From assembly GCA_964291395.2 (NCBI GenBank), contig OZ219856.1:2240001-2304000 (forward strand): DNA of 64,000 bases. Direction: 5' to 3'. This document shows, piece after piece, positions 50,091-60,053 of this stretch. Numbering within the stretch: position 1 is the first letter of the stretch; the number at the start of each line of letters is the position of its first letter. Source of the stretch: Alphaproteobacteria bacterium (GTDB lineage Bacteria; Pseudomonadota; Alphaproteobacteria; UBA2966). A program made the translations under genes and the position numbers. The notes below the pieces were generated by a model. That model saw only the letters and a program-made list of their open reading frames with translations. It searched no databases and was not told where the DNA came from.

Positions 50091-51074
50091 ATGAAGATCG
50101 GGTTCTACGTTCCCACGCGGGGACCATTGAGCACGCCGGAGAACATGTCGGCCCTAGCCAGGAAGGGCGAGTCGCTTGGATTCGATTTCCTTTCCATGAC
50201 AGATCATCTGGTCGTGCCGCGAAGCCGAGTCTCGGACTATCCCTACACGAGAGACGGTAACTGGCTGCCGGGACTCTTCGGGGATTTCGTCGATCAACTC
50301 ACGGCCATGGCGTTCGTCGCCGGCCAGACAGAAACCGTCCGGCTGCTGACCTCGGTGCTCGTGCTGCCGCACCGGTCGCCTGTTCCGACCGCGAAAGCCC
50401 TCGCGAGTCTCGACTATCTGTCCGGAGGGCGTCTCTCCGTCGGTTGCGGAGCCGGATGGATGAAGGAGGAATTCGAGGCGGTGGGTGCCCCGCCGCACCC
50501 CGAGCGCGGGAGGGTCGCAGACGAATACATCCGAGTCTTCAAGGAGCTCTGGACCAACGACGATCCGGAATTTCACGGAGACTACGCGAATTTTTCCGAC
50601 ATTACGTTCGAGCCGAAACCCGTTCAGAAACCACACCCGCCGATCCTGATCGGCGGCGAGAGCCCGCCGGCCATGCGCCGTGCCGCGACACTGGGCGATG
50701 GCTGGATCCCCATGGCCCATAACACCAGGGTCCCCCTCGATACGTTCGAGCGGTTGAAGACCTATGTGAGCAAACTCCACGGACTCGCTGAAGGCGCCGA
50801 TCGTGACTCGACGTCGCTCCGGGTCACATGGTTCGTGCTGTGGTGGGGGACGGAACCGGGCGAGCCGCTCCAACCGATGGAAGCCGACGAACCGTTCCCG
50901 GGTGGCGCCCGTCGGCTCCTGAGCGGCAGCGCGCAGCAGATGAAGGACGACATGGCGGCAATGGAGGAAATCGGCGTCCAGTCCATCATCGTCAACTTCG
51001 AGCGGGAGACCATCGAGGCCTCGCTCGAAGGCATGGAGGCGTACGCGGCCGAGTTCATCCGGAAAGGCGCCTGA
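50091..51074 (+). CDS. LLM class F420-dependent oxidoreductase (paralog)
   Basis: DHLVVP, TSVLVLPHR, LSGGR, PKPVQKPHPPILIGG. Confidence 0.88.
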   Translation: MKIGFYVPTRGPLSTPENMSALARKGESLGFDFLSMTDHLVVPRSRVSDYPYTRDGNWLPGLFGDFVDQLTAMAFVAGQTETVRLLTSVLVLPHRSPVPTAKALASLDYLSGGRLSVGCGAGWMKEEFEAVGAPPHPERGRVADEYIRVFKELWTNDDPEFHGDYANFSDITFEPKPVQKPHPPILIGGESPPAMRRAATLGDGWIPMAHNTRVPLDTFERLKTYVSKLHGLAEGADRDSTSLRVTWFVLWWGTEPGEPLQPMEADEPFPGGARRLLSGSAQQMKDDMAAMEEIGVQSIIVNFERETIEASLEGMEAYAAEFIRKGA

Positions 51075-51203
51075 AGATCGGATCGGCGCAGCGCCGGTTG
51101 AAACCGAACCACGGCGGCGCTACGTGGATGGGAAAGCGGGCCCGCCCCACGGCACCGAACGCCCGTCGCGGGGCAACTGTGAGATCATGAAACTGGAAAC
51201 CCG

Positions 51204-52019
51204 ATGAACGAAGTCTCCAATGAGCCAATTCACGCCTACCACAACGAAGGATTCCTGGGCAGCAAGGACGCCCGGGCACTGCGAATCCTTTCCGAATATC
51301 TCGAACCCAACAGCCGGTTTCAGTACCATCATGTGGGCGACACGATCGTTTTAATGGGTTCCGCACGGATCCTGCCACGTGATGAGGCGCAAGCACGCCT
51401 GAAGCGCGCCGAGGCCGGTGACGGCGACCTGGGGCGAGCGCGTACCGATCTGGAGATGTCCCGATACTACGAAGCCTCTCGCACTCTGGCATCTCGGCTT
51501 ACCGAATGGTCGAAGACGCTCGACGAGAGCGAACGCCGCTTCGTCATCTGCACGGGCGGCGGCCCGGGCATCATGGAAGCGGGCAACCGGGGGGCCTCCG
51601 AAGCGGGTGGCATGAACGTCGGGCTCACCATCTCGATCCCCAAGGAGGAATTCAAGAACGAATACGTCACGCGGGAGCTGGGATTCCATTTTCACTACTT
51701 CTTCATGCGCAAGTTCTGGTTCACCTATCTCGCCAAGGCCGTCGTGGTTTTTCCCGGGGGCTATGGAACCCTCGATGAGCTGTTCGAGATCCTCACGCTG
51801 CTGCAAACGGGTAAGATCCGGAAACATCTGCCCGTGGTCCTGTTCGGGACCGGGTACTGGAACGAGGTGATCGATTTCGAGGCGCTGGCCAAGTACGGCT
51901 GTATCGACCGGGAGGACATCGACCTCGTCTTCCGAACGGACTCCGTCGACGAGGCCCAAGACTTCATCGTACGCGAACTGACCGAGCACGCGATCGGAGA
52001 ACCCGGCGCCATGCTGTAG
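51204..52019 (+). CDS. LOG family protein (nucleotide phosphoribohydrolase-like)
   Basis: GSAR, TGGGPGIMEA.N.GA, YFFMRK, PGGYGTLDE. Confidence 0.9.
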   Translation: MNEVSNEPIHAYHNEGFLGSKDARALRILSEYLEPNSRFQYHHVGDTIVLMGSARILPRDEAQARLKRAEAGDGDLGRARTDLEMSRYYEASRTLASRLTEWSKTLDESERRFVICTGGGPGIMEAGNRGASEAGGMNVGLTISIPKEEFKNEYVTRELGFHFHYFFMRKFWFTYLAKAVVVFPGGYGTLDELFEILTLLQTGKIRKHLPVVLFGTGYWNEVIDFEALAKYGCIDREDIDLVFRTDSVDEAQDFIVRELTEHAIGEPGAML

Positions 52020-52071
52020 TAGATACCGGTGCCGCTTGTGGAGGCTGCCCAATTCCCACCGGAAATCGAAC

Positions 52072-52641
52072 ATGAACCACGACCTCAAGCCATGGAAGCT
52101 TTTGGAATCACGGGAAGTCTTCGTGATTCCACGGCGCCTGAGCGTGTCGGCGCATGCGGTGGAACTGCCCAACGGCCGGCGCTATGAGCCGTATTACCGC
52201 GTCGACCTTGCCGACCAGGCCTGGGTCGCGGCCGTGACGAACGACGATCGGTTCATCTGCCAGCGCCAGTACAAGCACGGTCCGGGCCGCATTTCGTTGA
52301 CCCTTCCCGGCGGGATCGTCGATCCGGGAGAGGACCCCCTTGCCGCGGCCCGGAGGGAACTTCTGGAGGAAACGGGATACGCGTGCCAACACTGGCAACA
52401 TCTCGGCACATTCTGCCGCAACAACAACCAGTATTGCGGAGAAGAACATTTCTTCTGGGCAACTGGGGCCGAGTGGAAACAGGAGCCGGATCCGACTCCC
52501 AATCTCGAGGAAATCGAGACCGTGCTTCTGACGCGCGATGAACTCGCCGTCGCCGTAGCGGAAGGAGAAGCGCCGGTTCTTGGACATCTGGCCGGCATAT
52601 TGATGGCGCTCAACCGATCGGCGACGGGTCCGGACGCGTGA
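52072..52641 (+). CDS. Nudix hydrolase
   Basis: Nudix box GGIVDPGEDPLAAARRELLEETGY; RQYKH. Confidence 0.9.
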   Translation: MNHDLKPWKLLESREVFVIPRRLSVSAHAVELPNGRRYEPYYRVDLADQAWVAAVTNDDRFICQRQYKHGPGRISLTLPGGIVDPGEDPLAAARRELLEETGYACQHWQHLGTFCRNNNQYCGEEHFFWATGAEWKQEPDPTPNLEEIETVLLTRDELAVAVAEGEAPVLGHLAGILMALNRSATGPDA

Positions 52642-52677
52642 CGCCGCGCCCGAATCGTCCGTCCTAGAATCGCGATC

Positions 52678-53130
52678 ATGCGCGTAAGGCCGCGGCGACG
52701 GCGTCCCGCTCGGTATTTCGCATACGGCTCCAACATGCATGTATCGGGCATGCGCATCCGGTGCCCGCGAGCACGCCTCGTCGGCGCGGCGTCGTTACGG
52801 GACTGGGAGTTTTTCATCAACGCCCAGGGATATGCGTCGATCAGGCAGGTTCGAAACTCGACGGTGCATGGCGCGCTTTGGGCCATCGGACCGAGGGAAG
52901 AAACCGCCCTGGATCTCTATGAGGACATCTCGGATCGCCTGTACGAGAGAATCTCGATCGACGTCATCGCGTCGGAATCGGACTCCCGGCATGATGATGT
53001 CCTGACCTACGTGGCCACCGATCGACGGACAGGCCGGCCCCGCGCTGGATACATGCGGATCGTCCACGAAGCAGCCGCCAGCCTCGGCCTGCCAAAGGAC
53101 TATCGAGCGTTCCTTCGCACCTATGGTTAG
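52678..53130 (+). CDS. Gamma-glutamylcyclotransferase family protein
   Basis: YFAYGSNM, VHGALW, LDLYE, P..GY. Confidence 0.85.
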   Translation: MRVRPRRRRPARYFAYGSNMHVSGMRIRCPRARLVGAASLRDWEFFINAQGYASIRQVRNSTVHGALWAIGPREETALDLYEDISDRLYERISIDVIASESDSRHDDVLTYVATDRRTGRPRAGYMRIVHEAAASLGLPKDYRAFLRTYG

Positions 53131-53552
53131 GCGCCGGGTTCCAAATTTCCCCAACTCGTCACCTGCGCGACGCGGATGGCGATCACGGGGAGACCCTGCA
53201 AGGACATATCGCGCAGCTGGGGATACCTGTCGCGGAGGATCTCCTGCGCGCGGTCATGCTCGGTTCCGTCCTCGAGTATGTCGGCGTCCCCCCGCACCAT
53301 CACCCAACCCAGACGCTCCCAGTTCTCGTCGTATCGATCGACGACCAAGGCCACCGCGGGATTTTCCTCAATATTCCTGATACGCTTCAGAGGCCGCCCC
53401 GTCTTCGGTTTTTCGTCGATCGTGATGTATACGTTGCCCATTCCCACCGCGTAGCACACGGGCACGACGTGCGGCTGACCGGTGGCTTCGGCCGTTGCCA
53501 GCCGGCCCACACGATGACTTTCCAGGAATCCGCTTTGCAGCTCGTCGAACAC
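53127..53552 (-). CDS. PPOX class F420-dependent oxidoreductase (Rv0121-like)
   Basis: RVGRLATA..GQPHVVPVCY, IDEKPK, RIRNIEENP, DRYDENW..L.WV. GTG start inferred inside ORF 53127..54632. Confidence 0.85.
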   Translation of the reverse strand: MFDELQSGFLESHRVGRLATAEATGQPHVVPVCYAVGMGNVYITIDEKPKTGRPLKRIRNIEENPAVALVVDRYDENWERLGWVMVRGDADILEDGTEHDRAQEILRDRYPQLRDMSLQGLPVIAIRVAQVTSWGNLEPGA

Positions 53553-53654
53553 GGGTACTACCGTACCACGGTCGGCGATTCCCAGCGCTTCGGAGGTTTG
53601 CCCGGGCGGTACCCGCAGTGGCAAAGTATCCGGAAGCCCATCAAGGAGATCGCG

Positions 53655-54602
53655 ATGCAGTTCGGTTTCGGACTTCCGACTCGGGGTCCGCTCGCCAACC
53701 TCGACGGCGTGCGCACCATGGCGACACGAGGTGAAGAGCTGGGCTACGGCTATTTGACCGTTCCAGATCATCTCGTCATTCCGCGAACGTACGACCATGA
53801 GTATCCCTATTCCGACTCCGGCGAGATGCCGGGTGGAGGCTCGGGGGATTGTCTCGACCAACTGACCGTCATGACCTTCGCGGCGGCGATTACGACCAAG
53901 CCACGGCTTCTCACTTCGGTGCTGGTCGTTCCCCACCGGCCGGCGGTCTTGACGGCGAAGATGCTCTCGACCATCGACGTCCTGTCGAACGGACGTATCA
54001 GCGTCGGCGTCGGTGCCGGCTGGATGCGCGAGGAATTCGAGGCGCTCGGTGCGCCGCCCCATGCCGAACGGGGCAAGGTCACCAACGAATACATCCGGGC
54101 GTTCAAGGAACTGTGGACCGAGGACAGTCCGTCCATGCAGGGGGATTACGTCAATTTCTCGGATGTCATCTTCGAACCCAAGCCCGTCCAGAAGCCGCAC
54201 CCGCCGATCTTCGTCGGGGGCGAGAGCGGCCGGGCCCTGCGCCGCACGGTCGAGTTGGGTGACGCCTGGTACCCCCTCGGGGCGAACCCCAGGAACCGCA
54301 TGGACACGCGCGAACGCTACAAGGCCAACGTCGAAAGGCTCCATGCGCTCGCGACCGAGAGGGGTCGCGATCCTTCCACCATTACGCTGGCTTTCTGGGC
54401 CAATTGGGCCGGCGTGACCGAAACCGAGGCCGACGACGGCAGCCGCCGCCTGTTCATGGGCTCGCCGGAGGAAATCGCCAGCGACGTCGAATTCTTCCGC
54501 GAGATGAACGTCAGCGTGCTCAACTTCAATTTTCTCAGCCCGAGCCTGAGCGAAACGCTCGAGAAGATGGACCAATACGCGAAGGACATCCTCGCCCTGT
54601 AA
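53655..54602 (+). CDS. LLM class F420-dependent oxidoreductase (third paralog)
   Basis: MQFGFGLPTRG, DHLVIP, TSVLVVPHR; AGGAG SD. Confidence 0.88.
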   Translation: MQFGFGLPTRGPLANLDGVRTMATRGEELGYGYLTVPDHLVIPRTYDHEYPYSDSGEMPGGGSGDCLDQLTVMTFAAAITTKPRLLTSVLVVPHRPAVLTAKMLSTIDVLSNGRISVGVGAGWMREEFEALGAPPHAERGKVTNEYIRAFKELWTEDSPSMQGDYVNFSDVIFEPKPVQKPHPPIFVGGESGRALRRTVELGDAWYPLGANPRNRMDTRERYKANVERLHALATERGRDPSTITLAFWANWAGVTETEADDGSRRLFMGSPEEIASDVEFFREMNVSVLNFNFLSPSLSETLEKMDQYAKDILAL

Positions 54603-54713
54603 CGCGCCGTTCCGGAGTCCTGTCAACCGCAAAGGGGACGCGGTACACGGACTTCGGTTTTTCGACTCCCATCCCGGAGCCGCGAAGCCCTATGGCCCTC
54701 GTGGCGACTCCGA

Positions 54714-55391
54714 CTACTGGTTCGCGGGGACGTAGTCTTCGAGGTAGCCGACCACCTCGCTCACGGGGACGACGTCGGCATACTTCTTGGCCATATCGTA
54801 AAGGTTCTGGAAATGCGGGCTCTCGTGCACATCTGCGACGCACTCCTCTGGCACGATGGTGCGGTAGCCGTGCTGCACGCTGTCGAGCACGGTTGAGCGG
54901 ATGCACCCGGAGGTCGAACCGCCGGTGACGATCACCGTGTCGATGCCGTACCAGACGCAGAGCGACGGCAAGTGCGTCTGGAAGAACGCCGACGCCCCCA
55001 CCTTTCGGTAGATCACGTCGCGGCTCCCGTCGACGGTCAGGCGGGGATCGAGCTCGGCCATCTTCGAGCCGATCTTTATGTTCTGCAGGGCGGTCGGGCT
55101 GTCGCTGCGGGTGCCCCGCACGCCGCAGTCGTGTCCGTTTTCCATGTAGGCCACATAGCACCACACGACCGGTAATCCCTTTGACCGCGCAATCCCGCAG
55201 ATCTCGTTGATGTAGTCCATCTGCTTGGGATCGGTGGAATAGGCGGAGTCGTATTCCTCTTCGAGCGTGAAGGCGCTCTGCACGTCGACGTTGACGATCA
55301 TGGGCTTGCGGCCAAAGCCGAATCTGCGCCGCGGCGGCGCCGACTTCAGATCCTCATACATCTGCCGGGCTGTCTTATTGGATAGTTCCAT
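54714..55391 (-). CDS. Isochorismatase family cysteine amidohydrolase (NicF/N-carbamoylsarcosine amidase-like)
   Basis: Asp-Lys-Cys triad: VDVQ, KVGASAFF, TSGC. Confidence 0.88.
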   Translation of the reverse strand: MELSNKTARQMYEDLKSAPPRRRFGFGRKPMIVNVDVQSAFTLEEEYDSAYSTDPKQMDYINEICGIARSKGLPVVWCYVAYMENGHDCGVRGTRSDSPTALQNIKIGSKMAELDPRLTVDGSRDVIYRKVGASAFFQTHLPSLCVWYGIDTVIVTGGSTSGCIRSTVLDSVQHGYRTIVPEECVADVHESPHFQNLYDMAKKYADVVPVSEVVGYLEDYVPANQ

Positions 55392-55436
55392 GGCTCCGCC
55401 TTTCCTGGGAATCCGACGTTGTTCGTGAATGGTCGG

Positions 55437-56360
55437 CTATGCCTGTTCCTTGCAGGTGTCCAGAATTTCCGCCCCCGTGGCGGGCCAGACGCCGTCATGT
55501 CCGAGAATGTAGTCCAAGGCCTCTTTGAGATACCGGGCCCGGTAGGGATGCCCCATCACCCACGGATGCAGGGTGATCGACAGAATCCGTCCGCCGTATT
55601 GCCCGGCCTCGGCGTAAAGCACGTCGAACTGATCCTTGATCTGCTGCACGAATTCCGCCTCACGGTGGTGGAAGCGGAGCAGCACCTCCCGGTCGTCGAG
55701 TTCCACCGTGTGAGGCATGGCGAAGAGATTGCCGTCCTTCGTCCTGAAGGGGTACGGCATGTCGTCATTGCACCAATCGCACTGGTACTCAATGCCGTTC
55801 GCGGCCAGAAGGTCGGGGGTGTTGTCCGATTCGGACTTGCCGATGGACAACCAGCCGCGGACCGGCTGGCCCGTCGACTTGCGCAAAGACTCGACGCTGT
55901 CCTTGACCCAGTCGGCCTCCAGCTTCTCGTCCATACCCCCGTAGTGCATGCAGCCCATGTGCACGCCGTGGGCCATGACCTCCCACTCCCGCTTGTTGAT
56001 CTCTTCGACAACGCCGGGATAGCGCTCTCCGACCGCTGAATTCACCGCCACTGAGGCCTTGATTCCGAGTTCATCGAAAAGCTTGAAAAAGCGGAAAATA
56101 CCGACCCGCAAGCTGTAATCGCGATGGGAGTAATTCCGGTAGTCGGGATAGGGCCTGTTGAAGCCGCCGGGCGGCGGCACGGGCCCGGCCTTCATGTCCA
56201 TCGGGAACCATTGCAGCAGCGGCGTGATCCACAAGGCCACGCGCGCGTCGTTCGGCCATGTGACGGGCTTCTTGCGGAACAGGATCTCCCAGTCGTAGCG
56301 GTCGTGGTCCATCCCGTAGCCGCGGATCGGGTACCTGAGATAATCGTCGGGCAGGCTCAT
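55437..56360 (-). CDS. Polysaccharide deacetylase (CE4)/PuuE-like hydrolase
   Basis: WPNDARVALW, SHRDY.LRVG, AHG, GWLS, DDMP, LHPW..G.PYR. Confidence 0.85.
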   Translation of the reverse strand: MSLPDDYLRYPIRGYGMDHDRYDWEILFRKKPVTWPNDARVALWITPLLQWFPMDMKAGPVPPPGGFNRPYPDYRNYSHRDYSLRVGIFRFFKLFDELGIKASVAVNSAVGERYPGVVEEINKREWEVMAHGVHMGCMHYGGMDEKLEADWVKDSVESLRKSTGQPVRGWLSIGKSESDNTPDLLAANGIEYQCDWCNDDMPYPFRTKDGNLFAMPHTVELDDREVLLRFHHREAEFVQQIKDQFDVLYAEAGQYGGRILSITLHPWVMGHPYRARYLKEALDYILGHDGVWPATGAEILDTCKEQA

Positions 56361-56364
56361 GGCG

Positions 56365-57282
56365 TCACTCCGCGGTGGCGGCCGATTGCGCCGCGACGAC
56401 GTTGTCGTAGTGGTGTTCGAAGTAGTACTCGGCGATCTCGCGCCCCGTCGTCACCCAGACGTCGTCGTGACTGGTGACGTATTCGAGCGCCTCGGCGAAC
56501 GGCCCGACACGGTGCGGCTGGCCGACGAGGAACGGATGCAGCGGAATGCACATGACGGTGCCGTTCTCGGCCCCTTCCTCGTAGAGCTGATCGAACTGCC
56601 GCTTGATCACCTCGGTGTACTGACGCGGCGGGCTCGAGTTGATCTGGTGGTAGACCACGATGTCGTTCATCTCCAGCGAGTAGGGAATACTGATCAGCCG
56701 GCCTCTCTTGACCTTGACGGGCTGCGGCTGGTCGTCGTGGAAGAGGTCGCACGTGTAGAGGACTTCGTACTCGGCCAGCAGGTCGAGCGTCTGCTCGGTA
56801 TTGCTCAGCGCCGGTGACAGCCAGCCGGCCAGCTTCTGGCCGGACGCCTTCTTGATGGTCTCGATCACGTCCTCGATGAGTTCACGGTGCTGCGCCTCGC
56901 TCATGCCGTACTGGTAGCGGGTGTTGTAGACGCCGTGGGAGAACAGTTCCCAGTCGCGCTCGACGCAGGCCTCGATGATCTCGGGATGATGGTCGCAAAC
57001 GGCCACGTTGAGGGATACGCTGCCGCGTACGCCGTAGCGGTCCATCGCCTCCATCATGCGCCACACGCCCACCCGGTTTCCGTAGTCGCGGTGGGAGTAG
57101 AAGACGACGTCCGGCGCCGGCCTCGACATGTCCTGACGCGTCGGATTGGGCGGCGGATAGGTTTCGTAGAACTCGATATTGGGCGCGACCCAGAAGGCGA
57201 CGCGGGCGCCGTTCGGCCAAGTGATCTTCGGCCGGTTGTTGTACGGCGAATACTCGTAGATGCCGGGATCGCTGAGCGTCAC
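56365..57282 (-). CDS. Polysaccharide deacetylase (CE4)/PuuE-like hydrolase (paralog)
   Basis: WPNGARVAFW..PNIE, SHRDYGNRVG, SHG, DDQP, LHPFLVGQPHR. Confidence 0.87.
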   Translation of the reverse strand: MTLSDPGIYEYSPYNNRPKITWPNGARVAFWVAPNIEFYETYPPPNPTRQDMSRPAPDVVFYSHRDYGNRVGVWRMMEAMDRYGVRGSVSLNVAVCDHHPEIIEACVERDWELFSHGVYNTRYQYGMSEAQHRELIEDVIETIKKASGQKLAGWLSPALSNTEQTLDLLAEYEVLYTCDLFHDDQPQPVKVKRGRLISIPYSLEMNDIVVYHQINSSPPRQYTEVIKRQFDQLYEEGAENGTVMCIPLHPFLVGQPHRVGPFAEALEYVTSHDDVWVTTGREIAEYYFEHHYDNVVAAQSAATAE

Positions 57283-57293
57283 GGTTCTCCTCC

Positions 57294-57968
57294 CTAGTCG
57301 TTCGCTGGAACGTACTCGTTGAGATGGTCGATCACCTCCCCGGCAGGTATCACATCAGCATACTTTGCCGCCATATCGTAGAGGTTGGCGAAATGCGGGC
57401 TCTCGTGCCGGTCCGAGGTGCATTCCTCGGGAACCACGGTGCGATAGCCGCTCTGCAGACTGTCCACCACGGTCGCACGCACGCAGCCGGAGGTCGACCC
57501 GCCGGTAACGATCATGGTGTCGGTCCGGTACCACACGCAGAGTGATGGCAAGTGCGTCTGGAAGAACGCCGACGCACCCCGTTTGTTGAAGACAATATCG
57601 TTGTCGCGGTCGACATGGCAGCGATCGTCGAGCTCCGCCTTGCGCGAGCCGACCTTGATGTTCTGCAAGGCATCGTCGTGCTGGTTCCGGGTCCCCCAGA
57701 CGCCGCAGTCATCGGCGTTCTCCATGTAGGCCACGTAGGTCCACACGACGGGCAGGTTCTTCGACCGGGCGATGTCGGAGATCTCGTTGATGTAGTCGAT
57801 CTGCTTCGGGTGCGTCGAATAGGCGGACGTGTAGTCGTCCTCCAGCGTGAAGGACTTCTGAACGTCGACATTGACGACCATCGGCCGCCTGCCGAAACCG
57901 AAACGCGGCTTCGGGTTGGCCTTGAGCTCCTCCCACATCTGACGAGCTGTCTTGTCCGAGAGTTCCAT
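57294..57968 (-). CDS. Isochorismatase family cysteine amidohydrolase (close paralog of 54714..55391)
   Basis: Same MELS.KTARQM start; VDVQ, KRGASAFF, TSGC. Confidence 0.88.
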   Translation of the reverse strand: MELSDKTARQMWEELKANPKPRFGFGRRPMVVNVDVQKSFTLEDDYTSAYSTHPKQIDYINEISDIARSKNLPVVWTYVAYMENADDCGVWGTRNQHDDALQNIKVGSRKAELDDRCHVDRDNDIVFNKRGASAFFQTHLPSLCVWYRTDTMIVTGGSTSGCVRATVVDSLQSGYRTVVPEECTSDRHESPHFANLYDMAAKYADVIPAGEVIDHLNEYVPAND

Positions 57969-58095
57969 GGTCGCCCCTTCCTGTTCGTACCGCACATCGC
58001 GATCACGTTGCGCCTTGCGGTAACGTTACCGGGGCCGGACGGGGGTGGTAAAGTCGCTCCACGTCACCGGAACACACTTTCAGGAGCCCGAGACC

Positions 58096-58986
58096 GTGAC
58101 AGACAGCGCTACTGCGGCCTTCCGCCGGTTGCTCGCCGGACCCGACGTCATCATGGCGCCGGGCGCGCCGGACCCATTTTACGCCAGACTCGTTGCCCGC
58201 ACAGGGTTTCCGGCCGTCTACATGACCGGCGCGGGCACGACGGCCGTACGCCTCGGCATGCCCGATATCGGCCTCCTGACGATGACGGAAATGGTTGATA
58301 ACGCGGCACGCATCGTGGATGCCTCGGGGTTGCCCGTCATCGCCGATTGCGACAACGGCTATGGCGGACCGCTGAACGTCCGACGCGCGATTCAGAGCTA
58401 TGAGCGGGCCGGGGTCGCCGCCATTCACATGGAAGACCAGATCATTCCGAAGCGTTGCGGCCACTTCAGTGGAAAGCAGCTCGTTTCGGCAGAGGAGATG
58501 GTGACCAAGATCAAGGCGGCGGTCGATGCGAAGGCGGATTCCGATTTCGTCGTCATCGCCCGCACCGACGCCATCGCGGTGGAAGGGTTCGATGCGGCGA
58601 TGGACCGCGCCGCCATGTATGAAGAGGCTGGCGCCGACATGCTCTTCGTCGAAGCACCGACGGACACCAGGCAAATGGCGAAGATCGGAAACAGCTTCGG
58701 CGTCCCGCACGTCGCCAACCTGGCGTCGAGCCGCAAGACACCGCTGCTGCCCGCCGAGGAACTGGGGAAGCTCGGGTTCAAGCTCGTGATCTATCCCGGC
58801 TTGCTCCTGCTTTCGACGATCCGCGCGGCATTGAGTTGCCTCGATCATCTCAAGGAAAAGCGGACCTGGGCCGGCATGGAGGCAGACCTGCCCACCTTCG
58901 ACGAGATGCTCACCCTCATGGGGATGGAGGAGGTGGAGTCGCTCGAAGAACGTTACGCGCTTCCCGAACAAGGAGGAACGCGATGA
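58096..58986 (+). CDS. Isocitrate lyase/PEP mutase family protein (second copy)
   Basis: DCDNGYG, EDQIIPKRCGH, IARTDA; GTG after CAGGAG. Confidence 0.88.
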   Translation: MTDSATAAFRRLLAGPDVIMAPGAPDPFYARLVARTGFPAVYMTGAGTTAVRLGMPDIGLLTMTEMVDNAARIVDASGLPVIADCDNGYGGPLNVRRAIQSYERAGVAAIHMEDQIIPKRCGHFSGKQLVSAEEMVTKIKAAVDAKADSDFVVIARTDAIAVEGFDAAMDRAAMYEEAGADMLFVEAPTDTRQMAKIGNSFGVPHVANLASSRKTPLLPAEELGKLGFKLVIYPGLLLLSTIRAALSCLDHLKEKRTWAGMEADLPTFDEMLTLMGMEEVESLEERYALPEQGGTR

Positions 58987-59984
58987 AAGTCGGCGTCTTC
59001 CTAGGCAGCCAGCATCCGCCCGAAGCGGACATCCGTCGGGAGTTCGAGCACACGGTCGAACAGACGCGCGCCATCCGCGACGCCGGTTTCGATTCGTTGT
59101 GGCTGGGACAGCACTACCTCACCTATCCCAACCAGTTCCTGCAGACCACGCCCCTGCTCGCCCGCCTGGCGGCGGAGACCGGCGATATGGCCGTCGGCAC
59201 CAACATGATCCTGCTGCCGCTGCACAACGTCGTCGATATCGCCGAACAGTATGCGACGATGGATGTCATCTCGGGGGGGCGCCTGATCCTGGGTGTCGGG
59301 CTCGGGTACCGCGACATCGAATTCCAGGGGCTCGCTGCCGACCGCGAGACGCGGGCGCCGCGGTTCGAAGAGCAGATCACCGCCCTGAAGCTGCTCTGGG
59401 AGGAGGACGACGCCACTTTCGAGGGCGAGCACGTCAAGTTCAAAAACCTCTCGATCCGCCCGAAGCCGCTGCAGAAGCCCAGGCCGGAGATCTGGATCGG
59501 CGCCACCGCGGATCCCGCCATCAAGCGCGCCGCGCGGATGGGCGACGCCTGGGCCGGGACCTCGGTCACGACGTTCGGCGAGATCAAGCGGCAGTTGCCC
59601 GTCTACCATCAGGCCCGCGAGGAGGCCGGCCTGCCGCCGCCCCAAGACATCGCCCGCAACGTCGAGGTCTTCGTCGCCGAGACTCGCGAGAAGGCCTGGG
59701 AAGAAGGCGGGCAGTACATCGCCAGGAAATTCGAGACCTACTTTTCCTGGGGCATGGACAAGAACATCGGCGACGACGGAAACGCGGAGATGTCCCTCGA
59801 AGACCTTGCGGAAGACAGGTTCATCGTCGGCGATCCCGAGGACTGCATCCGCGGCTGCCTCCAACACCGGGATGCGGGCATCACCCATCTGCAGATCCGC
59901 CTCAACTTCCCCGGCATCCCTCACGCCTCGGTGATCAGGGCGATCGAGCTATTCGGCGCGAAAGTCCTGCCGCGCCTGCGATAG
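58983..59984 (+). CDS. LLM class flavin- or F420-dependent oxidoreductase
   Basis: LGQHY, D.ISGGR..LGVGLGYR, PKPLQKPRPEIWIG; ATGA overlap with the upstream gene. Confidence 0.85.
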   Translation: MKVGVFLGSQHPPEADIRREFEHTVEQTRAIRDAGFDSLWLGQHYLTYPNQFLQTTPLLARLAAETGDMAVGTNMILLPLHNVVDIAEQYATMDVISGGRLILGVGLGYRDIEFQGLAADRETRAPRFEEQITALKLLWEEDDATFEGEHVKFKNLSIRPKPLQKPRPEIWIGATADPAIKRAARMGDAWAGTSVTTFGEIKRQLPVYHQAREEAGLPPPQDIARNVEVFVAETREKAWEEGGQYIARKFETYFSWGMDKNIGDDGNAEMSLEDLAEDRFIVGDPEDCIRGCLQHRDAGITHLQIRLNFPGIPHASVIRAIELFGAKVLPRLR

Positions 59985-60053
59985 GAGATCCTCACCCGGC
60001 CGAGGATGCTGCCCTTCGGGCACCCGGAATAGAGCCAGGGTGAGGGCGCGCGC

